Assembly (NCBI GenBank): GCA_021163645.1
Contig: JAGGTN010000017.1
Coordinates: forward strand, 1 to 39,428
Reading direction: 5' to 3'
Origin: Candidatus Micrarchaeota archaeon
GTDB taxonomy: Archaea; Micrarchaeota; Micrarchaeia; Anstonellales; JAGGTN01
DNA length: 39,428 nucleotides
Shown here: positions 30,651-38,620 of the stretch, piece after piece
How the letters are laid out: the number at the start of each line of letters is the position of its first letter
How positions within the stretch are numbered: position 1 is the first letter of the stretch
Position numbers and translations under genes: made by a program
The notes under the pieces: model-generated
What the model saw: only the letters and a program-made list of their open reading frames with translations
Databases searched by the model: none
Told to the model about the DNA's origin: nothing

Positions 30651-31436
30651 TTATTCTTTACTTATATATCCTTCTTTAAGAAGCATATCTAACCCTTCCT
30701 CTACCCTTGCCGGAGTAATATTATATATATTCGCAAATTCACTTACATTTATCTTTCCCCTATGGTTCTTCAACCATATCAATAATTCTTCTTTAAGCGT
30801 CTCGTTGGTCAGGCCCTCAAGTTTTCTTATACGTAAATTGAGTTTATCTATTTGTCTCTCATAATCTGCTACAAGTTTATTATTCTTATCCAAAAGATTA
30901 TATAATTCATCTCTCTCCTTCTTTGTATTTGTATATTGTTCTTTAAGAAGTTCATACTTATTAGATAGAATTGCATAATTATCTGTAAATAGTTCTGAAA
31001 CAACAGACAATGATTCAAGAACTCTTCTCATAATGCTTTTCCAGTCAATATCATATTCAGATAATATTAACAACACCTTCAATGTCAAAGCAGATACATC
31101 TACTTTGCGTTTATTCATATTAATCTCTTTAGGGATTGAATATTCTACGTCAATACCGTCTTTGCGAAATATATACTTTGTATACAGATAAGGTTTGCCT
31201 TTGATATCCTCACGCTCGACGTTCATCGCAATTATCTCATTCTTCTTCACATCAATATTCGAGAATCCTAACTGTGAAATCTCTTTCATCACATGACTAA
31301 GAGTAGTTTTAAGTTTGGCTTTCACTGTAAAATTCTTAATAATATCCTTCCTTTCTTTTTGTCTTGCTTCTTTTGTTCCATTATCTTTCTCATTCTCTTT
31401 TCCATCTTTCTTTTTCCTTATCCGTATTCTTCTCAC
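30651..31436 (-). CDS. Coiled-coil protein with C-terminal wHTH; last gene of the Ced/T4SS-like cluster
   Basis: Directly abuts the ATPase stop; GKINVSEFANIYNITPARVEEGLDMLLKEGYI. Confidence 0.75.
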   Translation of the reverse strand: MRRIRIRKKKDGKENEKDNGTKEARQKERKDIIKNFTVKAKLKTTLSHVMKEISQLGFSNIDVKKNEIIAMNVEREDIKGKPYLYTKYIFRKDGIDVEYSIPKEINMNKRKVDVSALTLKVLLILSEYDIDWKSIMRRVLESLSVVSELFTDNYAILSNKYELLKEQYTNTKKERDELYNLLDKNNKLVADYERQIDKLNLRIRKLEGLTNETLKEELLIWLKNHRGKINVSEFANIYNITPARVEEGLDMLLKEGYISKE

Positions 31437-32957
31437 TTAATCAACCTCCAACTTAGATATCTTATCAGATTCCACACCCATCTTAACTCTCTGTAATTCA
31501 GAGAACAAACTAGTAATATCAATGTCTCTTATCCCCAACTCTCTCAGAAATGTTATCACAACTGACCGTGCATACCCAAACTTTTCAAGGTCGCTGATTA
31601 TCTCAATAATATTCAATCGATTATCATTCTTCTCAAACTTCATAGATATCTGAGCAACCTGCTTATCAGTCAACCCAAATTCTAACAGTTTACGCCTAAA
31701 TGATTCCTTTTCAAATTCCAAATCCATCTTATCACCAACCAAAATATGTATTGTTATCAAAGGCTCCTCACCATCTATCCTACTCAACAAGAAGATATTT
31801 GAATATGATGTGCGCTTATAATATGCTTGATAGACAGCGCATTCACCTACACCAAACCGTCCGATATGCTCAGCTATGAAATCAGAATAATTCAGCGACG
31901 ACCGGACATAATCCTTAAACTCCTTAAAGAGCAATCGCATAACAAACATTGTGCCAACATTAGAGAATATCGCTTTATTAACATCGGTTGGATTTTGGCT
32001 CGCAACTATCAAACTGAACTGATACTTCCTACCTTCCCGAACAATCGTAATCAAATCACTACGTTCATCCTTAGCAATCTTCCATGCTTCATCAGCAACG
32101 ATAAATAGCTTGATTCCTTTACCAGGATGCCAACCTTCATCTCTCATCATTTCCTTGATAAATTGAAGGATTGTCAGGCCTGCTAGACTGCGTATTTGTT
32201 CGGAAGGTAAGCCATGAAGGTCAAGACACACCAATCCACTTGATATCAACTTATGCACTTTTAGTGTTGATTTCTTAGCAAAATAATCATTACCTGGGAT
32301 TATAAATTTTGACAATACTGATATTGCTTCATTGATCTCATCTCTCTTCGCCTCACTCTTCTCTCTTCTCTTTATCTCATTTAGATTTTTGATAACATCC
32401 TTTAATAGAGGTGGCTCTCTTTTCTGATCCTTCTTAACAAGATCAAACCCTTTTTCCTTATAAGCATTCTCTATCGCATCCTCAATCGCACGCTTCTGTG
32501 ACGCTGTATGACCCAAATCAGTTAATATTTCAAGTGCAGTCATTATCTGTTTCGCTCGATCAAGAGGTTTCATCCCCGCGAGGTCCAAGAGATTGATATA
32601 ATCACCTTTACCCAATGATACTACCTTACCACCAACCTGTTTCACCCATTTATTATACTCTCCTACCCAATCTAATATCAATGCATTGGTGTTCCAAACA
32701 AGATTAGCACGCGTTAGGAATGTCTTAACTAGATATGACTTACCTGCTCCTGTAACACCAACAACTGATATGTGGGGATTGATCAAATTTTTAAAATTCC
32801 AATAATATGGAACATTTAATATGCTCGTCCTAGCAAGATAGACTGCTTCGGTGGGATTACTCATTAATAATTCTTTGTTGGGTTCTGGTGGATGCACAAA
32901 GAAACATCTAGCCCCTAACTCACTGCTTAATACCTTTTGTGGACGAAGTATTCCCAT
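31437..32957 (-). CDS. VirB4/HerA-FtsK family ATPase (CedB-like)
   Basis: NPHISVVGVTGAGKS, ILDWVGEY, IVADEAW, REGRKY..SLIVASQNP.D. Confidence 0.88.
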   Translation of the reverse strand: MGILRPQKVLSSELGARCFFVHPPEPNKELLMSNPTEAVYLARTSILNVPYYWNFKNLINPHISVVGVTGAGKSYLVKTFLTRANLVWNTNALILDWVGEYNKWVKQVGGKVVSLGKGDYINLLDLAGMKPLDRAKQIMTALEILTDLGHTASQKRAIEDAIENAYKEKGFDLVKKDQKREPPLLKDVIKNLNEIKRREKSEAKRDEINEAISVLSKFIIPGNDYFAKKSTLKVHKLISSGLVCLDLHGLPSEQIRSLAGLTILQFIKEMMRDEGWHPGKGIKLFIVADEAWKIAKDERSDLITIVREGRKYQFSLIVASQNPTDVNKAIFSNVGTMFVMRLLFKEFKDYVRSSLNYSDFIAEHIGRFGVGECAVYQAYYKRTSYSNIFLLSRIDGEEPLITIHILVGDKMDLEFEKESFRRKLLEFGLTDKQVAQISMKFEKNDNRLNIIEIISDLEKFGYARSVVITFLRELGIRDIDITSLFSELQRVKMGVESDKISKLEVD

Positions 32958-32966
32958 GATGGCACC

Positions 32967-33758
32967 TCACAACGCAATATTACTAAATTCTGTTTCAGAT
33001 GCAGGGATAAATGTTTCCCATTCAAAAATTCTTTTCATATCCTCACCTATTAACTGATGAACCTCAACGTTCAACGCGTTACCAACAACTGATTTAACCT
33101 CATTACCCTGAGATTTTGCTCTAATGATTGCTTCCTCTTTTGTCGTTCCTTTAGCCGTTGTCATCATATAACAAACAACCTCCATAGGTTTCTCACCTGA
33201 TGTTAATCGTTCGAGTTGTCTGTTCCACATGGTGATCTCACGATTTAATCGCATCACATCTGCCTCCTTTGTCGAATCATTGGACGCTACCAACTGCGCC
33301 CTCTTAGTTTCACACCAACTCCTCTTCGCCTTTATCTCATCAATCGCATCGCTCAGATTGATGTTTCTGACAAGGACCGAAAACTTAACAATCGATTTCA
33401 CAGAACTGATCGCTCTCTCAAAATATTCAGCAAACAGCCCTCGCTGTTCAGTATTCATTTCAGTTATTGATTCAGGGATTATAGCAACATAAAAAACACT
33501 TGCATAATAATCCTGACCTGATTTCTTAACTATGATGTCCTGGCTAGGCGGTATTTCATACTGTCCAAATCGTTCTGATAACCCAATCATCTTAAATACA
33601 GAAGGCATCACCACATAGCCATACTTCCACAAGATAAATGTCAAGAACAATAAAACCGATGTAATGGATATAGCAACAACATTAAATGTAAATATGGCAA
33701 GCAATAATGCTATCCCACCTCCAGCTAATGTAATAAATGTAATCGTTTTTCCATTCAT
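32967..33758 (-). CDS. Membrane protein (2 N-terminal TM + coiled coil), putative VirB3/VirB4-N-like partner
   Basis: Two TM helices then a soluble alpha/beta domain with a coiled-coil insert; 9 bp upstream of the ATPase. Confidence 0.6.
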   Translation of the reverse strand: MNGKTITFITLAGGGIALLLAIFTFNVVAISITSVLLFLTFILWKYGYVVMPSVFKMIGLSERFGQYEIPPSQDIIVKKSGQDYYASVFYVAIIPESITEMNTEQRGLFAEYFERAISSVKSIVKFSVLVRNINLSDAIDEIKAKRSWCETKRAQLVASNDSTKEADVMRLNREITMWNRQLERLTSGEKPMEVVCYMMTTAKGTTKEEAIIRAKSQGNEVKSVVGNALNVEVHQLIGEDMKRIFEWETFIPASETEFSNIAL

Positions 33759-33828
33759 TAAATCACCTTATTTTTCAAACAATCCTATATTAAACAAACA
33801 TATTAATCTCATCACCTACTCAAAAGTA

Positions 33829-34887
33829 CTATATTATTTCAATTGGAGTAGTTATAAATTCGGCTCCAAGCACCTTTGTCAATTGGATAATCGTGACTAT
33901 TGTTATGAATAAGGATATAATCGGCAATATCACAGACATATAAAATAATGAACCTTCTACATTTGCAGCTGCACCAGTTAGGTGATATGTTGATTCTACC
34001 AGGTCTTTACGGTATTGTGTCATTGATGTCATGTTAGAAAAACTGCTTACACTTCCAGGAGTGCTCAAGTCATAGAATGTTAAATTCTCATAATATTTTG
34101 ATGTAAAATTCGTTATGTCATTGATCGATGAGTATAATTCATCAACATCCGACCGCATAGCAACGACATTTATAAGAGGATAAATTATATACAAACCTAT
34201 CGCAATAGCTATCAACAACCCGCCTACCTTTCTTGTAACGAAAAAGGAGCGGAATATTAAACCTAACGGCAGAAAGACAGTCAAAGCTGTTAAGTATGAA
34301 AACCTTAACAATAAAGCATTAGCAGTGAGTAAGGATTGGTACAATGTTGTCCTGTTAATAGTTGATGATAATGCTTTTGAAATATGAGAAAGACCGCTGA
34401 ACGGTTTATAATCAACAATTCCTGTATGTAATTCAATATCAGATGCAAATGATAATGTATCTATTGATTTTGATAATTCATCAGTGAATGTAAAACTACC
34501 TGTTTCAACATTCTGTATCAAACATTCTGAATAAGATGCCAATGTGAGATTTTCATTGGAGTATGATGAAGAAATGGGCCTGTACCATCCAAGCATATCA
34601 GATCCTGATAAGCACGTGGCTGTAGCATTGGTTGGCAGAAGATCGTAAGAAACAGTGGTAAGCATGGCAACAATCAATCCAAATGCGCCAAGAAGAGCAG
34701 CATTTATAAAGGATTGTAGAATTTCCTCTTTCCCAAAATTCTTCATTTTTTTTGAATTAAGGGCAAAACCCAACCCCAACACAATACCTGCAAATACTAT
34801 TGATATGCCCACAATACTTAGTGCTATCTCAAATCCACTTCCACTTTCCCCTATCTTAAAACTATCTATGATCTCAAATATTCCCAT
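33829..34887 (-). CDS. CedA/VirB6-like polytopic membrane protein
   Basis: About 5 TM; LPLGLIFRSFFVTRKVGGLLIAIAIGLYIIYPL resembles the CedA-type helical hairpin. Confidence 0.6.
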   Translation of the reverse strand: MGIFEIIDSFKIGESGSGFEIALSIVGISIVFAGIVLGLGFALNSKKMKNFGKEEILQSFINAALLGAFGLIVAMLTTVSYDLLPTNATATCLSGSDMLGWYRPISSSYSNENLTLASYSECLIQNVETGSFTFTDELSKSIDTLSFASDIELHTGIVDYKPFSGLSHISKALSSTINRTTLYQSLLTANALLLRFSYLTALTVFLPLGLIFRSFFVTRKVGGLLIAIAIGLYIIYPLINVVAMRSDVDELYSSINDITNFTSKYYENLTFYDLSTPGSVSSFSNMTSMTQYRKDLVESTYHLTGAAANVEGSLFYMSVILPIISLFITIVTIIQLTKVLGAEFITTPIEII

Positions 34888-34939
34888 GTCAAACCTCCAC
34901 TATCAAAAGCTAAAATGAAACGAAAATTAAATGAAGTAA

Positions 34940-35317
34940 TTACCCACCAACAGGTACGTTATCACTTGAAGGACCTACTTGTTGTAATGATTCATACGCT
35001 GATTCCCTTATCATAGTTGAAGCGCCGATTATTGCAGCCATCACAACACCTCCAATCAGCAAACCCACTGCTATACTAACCCATTTTCCTCTACTCTCTG
35101 AGGGCATCGTCTGTGAAATACCAAATACGATTGCTGCTAGTATGATTAGAACTAATGATAACCCAAGCCCAACGTTAGTGAGTGTGGTGCCCAAACTCGT
35201 GATCTTAGATTCTAGCTTAACAGTTGCATAGAATACTCCTGTTAGAATAAGCATTACTAATGGGAGATACATGCTTATCATGTGTAACCTTAATAACAAA
35301 AGATTTCTATTTATCAT
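34940..35317 (-). CDS. VirB2/TrbC-like pilin candidate
   Basis: Signal-like helix plus two hydrophobic helices joined by a short charged loop (PSESRGKW). Confidence 0.55.
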   Translation of the reverse strand: MINRNLLLLRLHMISMYLPLVMLILTGVFYATVKLESKITSLGTTLTNVGLGLSLVLIILAAIVFGISQTMPSESRGKWVSIAVGLLIGGVVMAAIIGASTMIRESAYESLQQVGPSSDNVPVGG

Positions 35318-35451
35318 GATACATCACAATATAATAATAATAAAAAGTTTTATAAATGTTTATTTAAGGAAAAAGAAATAAAAAGATAAATAAGTATTTA
35401 CAAATACTCTGATTCTCCGAAATTTTTTGACTCTTAACTCAATAACTTAAT

Positions 35452-35542
35452 TAGTTGGTTGGTTTTGGGTTGGATGGGATTGGTGATTGGTGATTGGGTT
35501 GGCTTATATTGGTTTTTATTGGGTTGGTTTTGGGTTGGGCTG
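35452..35542. repeat. G/T-rich mosaic repeat tract E
   Basis: Exact 31-nt match to 14731-14761; CCAATCACCAATCCCATCC block shared (inverted) with tract C. Confidence 0.85.
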
Positions 35543-35755
35543 ATTCATAGGTTCACTCATTGAATGGGTCAAATATTTTTAAGAGATACAAATAATCAAA
35601 GTGAAAGATTACAATGATAGGCAGTAAAAAATCATAGTTTGAAAGCAAAGAGCATATTAACAGCTACGATACATAGTTATCATTGTACAGGATAGATAAA
35701 ATAAATAATTGGAATTACAAAGAATAAAAACATCAAAATAAAAAAAGATGATGTA

Positions 35756-36016
35756 AGCCTCAGGAGGGATTTTTGGGCCACTTTTCTTTTTTAGCGCAGG
35801 TTTTTGGATGTCGCCTTCGCCTGCGACACCGAAAGAAAAGTGCGAACCCTTGACCTCGTCCTTTTTTTGAACTTTTCTTTTTTTAGCGCAGGTTTTTGGA
35901 TGTCGCCTTCGCCTGCGACACCGAAAGAAAAGTACATACCAAGGACGCGCTCTACCATTCCAGGCCTTTCTGAAAACTATCTGATTTCAGTCTAAGGCAG
36001 ACTGAGCTACTGAGGC
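35756..36016 (-). tRNA. tRNA-Thr(GGT) with three introns: 42 nt at 17/17a (35958-35999), 74 nt at 37/38 (35863-35936), 71 nt at 56/57 (35773-35843)
   Basis: Spliced 74-nt GCCTCAG TA GCTC AGTCTGGTA GAGC G CGTCC TTGGTAA GGACG AGGTC AAGGG TTCAAAT CCCTC CTGAGGC T; central helices TCAG/CTGG and GGGT/GCCC; the anticodon motif is relaxed. Confidence 0.92.
35780..35933. repeat. Direct repeat of a 62/63-nt structured element (35780-35841 and 35871-35933) forming the bodies of two tRNA-Thr introns
   Basis: Identical except for one T in a homopolymer run. Confidence 0.95.
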
Positions 36017-36081
36017 TTAAACTAAGTATTGAGATATATTATTAACAAAAGTTTAAAAAGATTCATGATTGAAAAGATTTT

Positions 36082-36351
36082 ATGTTTCAAGTCATCATTC
36101 AAGGAAGAGTCCAAGGTGTTGGATTCAGATGGTTAGTTGAAAATATTGCAAAAAGATTAAACATCAATGGATATGTAAAAAATCTATCAGACGGCTCTGT
36201 TGAAATAATGTGCGATTGCGATAAGAATAAACTAGATATATTCTTGAATGAGATAGAGAAAAACATCTCAGCACCGGTCAGGATAGATAATATCATCATC
36301 AATAATGTATCATCAGACAAACGGTTTGATGGATTTACCATTAGGTTTTAA
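36082..36351 (+). CDS. acyP: Acylphosphatase
   Basis: GRVQGVGFR, GYVKNLSDGSVE. Confidence 0.95.
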   Translation: MFQVIIQGRVQGVGFRWLVENIAKRLNINGYVKNLSDGSVEIMCDCDKNKLDIFLNEIEKNISAPVRIDNIIINNVSSDKRFDGFTIRF

Positions 36352-36444
36352 TCTCCAAATGTATCCTATGTTTATTAAACCCACATATTAAATTCACTTA
36401 CCATATCTGAATTGTCTCTATCCCAATCATTATTAGTTAATCTA

Positions 36445-37410
36445 TTAATCCCTTACTCCCTCACTAGTGATTTTGAATATGACTTCACCATCAGGCAGAT
36501 GTGGTGAATCAACCAAGCGAGCCACCCTTTTTTCATTCTTGCTTTTTCTAAGATAAACACGGAATGTAGCCGCATGACCTAATACATGCCCACCAATAGG
36601 AGTTGTCGGATCACCAAAAAGTATTCCTGGATTATCCATTACCTGATTAGTAACCACTACCGCCAGGTTATATTTATCTGACAATTGCTGTAATGTATGA
36701 ATATGCTTGTTAAGTTTCTGCTGACGTTCGCTCAATGCGCCCCTTCCAATATAATCTGCCCTAAACTGTGATGTTAATGAATCAACAATCAATAATTTAA
36801 TATTATGGTCCTTAATGAAATCTTCTGCTTTCTCGACCAATACTATCTGATGGTCAGAATTTATGGCTTTTGCTACATGTATTTTTTTGAGTGCTTCATT
36901 TGGGTCAAGACCCAATGCCTCAGCCATACCTGCAATCCTTTCTGGCCTAAACGAACTTTCAGTATCTATGTACAAAGCTTCACCATTAAGACCGCCCTTA
37001 TCAACAGGCAATTGCACATTCACACTCAACTGAAAACATATTTGAGATTTTGATGAGCCAAATTTACCATAGAATTCTGTTATCGACATTGTTTCTATTC
37101 CTCCTCCCAGCAATTCATCAAGATGTTTTGAGCCGGTAGTGAGCATACCTATTTCTTTACGCCTTTCAAGAATCTGGTCAGCAGATTCAAAAGACATATC
37201 TACTCCTCCTTTTGCGCTCTCTATAATCTTCTTAGCTGCATCGACGGACACATCAGCAATCTCTGTCAATTCATAAGGCGATGCTGCAGCTATCTTCTGC
37301 ACGTCATAACCTGCTGCTTTTAACTTATCTGCCTTTGCTGGACCAACACCAGCAAGGTCTTCTAAATCTACAATTATCTTTGCTCTCTCTTTAACCTTTT
37401 TCTTAATCAT
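36445..37410 (-). CDS. radA: DNA repair and recombination protein RadA (start at ATG 37410 after GGTGA)
   Basis: N-terminal Hh[14 protein letters not shown] motif, [38 protein letters not shown]. Confidence 0.97.
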   Translation of the reverse strand: MIKKKVKERAKIIVDLEDLAGVGPAKADKLKAAGYDVQKIAAASPYELTEIADVSVDAAKKIIESAKGGVDMSFESADQILERRKEIGMLTTGSKHLDELLGGGIETMSITEFYGKFGSSKSQICFQLSVNVQLPVDKGGLNGEALYIDTESSFRPERIAGMAEALGLDPNEALKKIHVAKAINSDHQIVLVEKAEDFIKDHNIKLLIVDSLTSQFRADYIGRGALSERQQKLNKHIHTLQQLSDKYNLAVVVTNQVMDNPGILFGDPTTPIGGHVLGHAATFRVYLRKSKNEKRVARLVDSPHLPDGEVIFKITSEGVRD

Positions 37411-37446
37411 AAAATCACCATTTCCAAATTCAATTTTATTAAGCAA

Positions 37447-37725
37447 TTATTTATTCTGAGGGAAGACTAATAATCTAAGATTACCAATTTTTAACGTATA
37501 AAATTCGTTACCATTCTTGGATACGTTTTTCCACATAGCACCGACATTAACAAGCATTCTTTTGCCATCCCTATCCGTCACAGATTGGACAACACGAAAG
37601 TCTGGTCTTGACCCACCTGTATTATAATTACTAGTTGAGGTTGATTTACTAGAAGGATTATCTGCTTTGTTACTCTTACCTGAATCTGTCAGTGCTTCTT
37701 CCAACTCTAAGATGTCCTCATCCAT
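37447..37725 (-). CDS. Small DUF736-like protein upstream of radA (start at ATG 37725 after GGAGGTG)
   Basis: RPDFRVV...VGAMWKNVSKNGNEFYTLKI resembles the DUF736 pattern PDYRV..IGAAW...S..G..YLSL; acidic, disordered N-terminus. Confidence 0.6.
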   Translation of the reverse strand: MDEDILELEEALTDSGKSNKADNPSSKSTSTSNYNTGGSRPDFRVVQSVTDRDGKRMLVNVGAMWKNVSKNGNEFYTLKIGNLRLLVFPQNK

Positions 37726-37829
37726 ACAATACACCTCCCAAATCAATACTAACAATATTATGGCTAGAAAAATTTATAAACCAACGTAGATAGTGCGTTT
37801 CCAATAAAATATTGAGATAAAATAACATG

Positions 37830-38300
37830 CTATTCTGGTTTGGGCTTCTTATAGAATATCCTCAACCACCAAGGTTTACTCTTCCATTCGTCCAAATGAT
37901 ACTCATAAACCCTTAACGATTCTATCCGCTTCTGCTCATCTAAGATTTTTTTGCGGTTTGCCAATATATTTGCTTGTGCTAATTCAAGGCTCAAATCATC
38001 TACTTCATCAGATAATGAATCAACACGCTCATTTAGCAAATGGATATCCCCATCAAACCTATCAACCTTATCCTTAATCTTTCTTAGTTCTGATCGTAAC
38101 GAACGGGTGGAACTGTTAAGCTTGCTCATATAAACCTGATTACCAACAAACACACCTAATCCAGCCCCTGTGGAGAATCCAACACTGATTAATATTCCAT
38201 AAGTAATTATTTTCTTTATCCTGCTATCCATACGATTTTCATGTGCTCTTTCCTTTTCTAAAATATTATTTACAACCATGTATAATATATGTATCTCCAT
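37830..38300 (-). CDS. Single-TM coiled-coil protein
   Basis: TM GILISVGFSTGAGLGVFVG, heptads, KPWWLRIF tail. Confidence 0.65.
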   Translation of the reverse strand: MEIHILYMVVNNILEKERAHENRMDSRIKKIITYGILISVGFSTGAGLGVFVGNQVYMSKLNSSTRSLRSELRKIKDKVDRFDGDIHLLNERVDSLSDEVDDLSLELAQANILANRKKILDEQKRIESLRVYEYHLDEWKSKPWWLRIFYKKPKPE

Positions 38301-38369
38301 TTTTTAAAACCTTTTGGATATTGTTATAATGTATGGTTTGAAGATTATTTCATAAAATTGAAACGGGTA

Positions 38370-38411
38370 AGCACACTTTTTGCCCGATGAGCAAAAAGTG
38401 CACTAAAAAGG
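38370..38411 (-). repeat. Free-standing REP-like palindrome related to the tRNA-intron elements
   Basis: Minus strand CCTTTTTAGTGCACTTTTTGCTCATCGGGCAAAAAGTGTGCT versus CCTTTTTAGTGCAGGTTTTTCTTTCTTGTAAGAAAGAAAAATGTGCT at 22514-22560 (+). Confidence 0.7.
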
Positions 38412-38477
38412 TAGAGCAAGGATGCTTCATTATGGCAATCAAAGATTGCAACTTGGCGAATTGAATATTTGCCATCC

Positions 38478-38556
38478 TTCAATAGCTATAAAATTCTCCA
38501 TGCTGCTTCATCATATTTGCCGTTCAACATCCTTTCTTCTTCTTTTGTAAGAACAT
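38478..38556 (-). pseudogene. Possible 5' remnant of an aconitase X catalytic subunit
   Basis: GGTG RBS; with frame corrections reads M(F)LTKEEERMLNGKYDEAAWRIL(V)AI. Confidence 0.4.
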
Positions 38557-38620
38557 ATTGAACACCTGCTTTTTAGAATGAATGAACATTACATCTTTAA
38601 AAAAACAACACCTATCATTG

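Noticed and set aside
22347-35780. Genomic island bounded by an 18-bp att-like direct repeat
   Set aside because: Both copies lie within complete tRNA genes and the interval holds core genes (cdc6, sepF, pheST).
35780-35933. CRISPR mini-array
   Set aside because: Only two 62-nt units, the spacer contains a tRNA exon, and no cas genes are present.
35804-35995. 63-aa ORF on + strand
   Set aside because: Antisense to the intron-containing tRNA-Thr.
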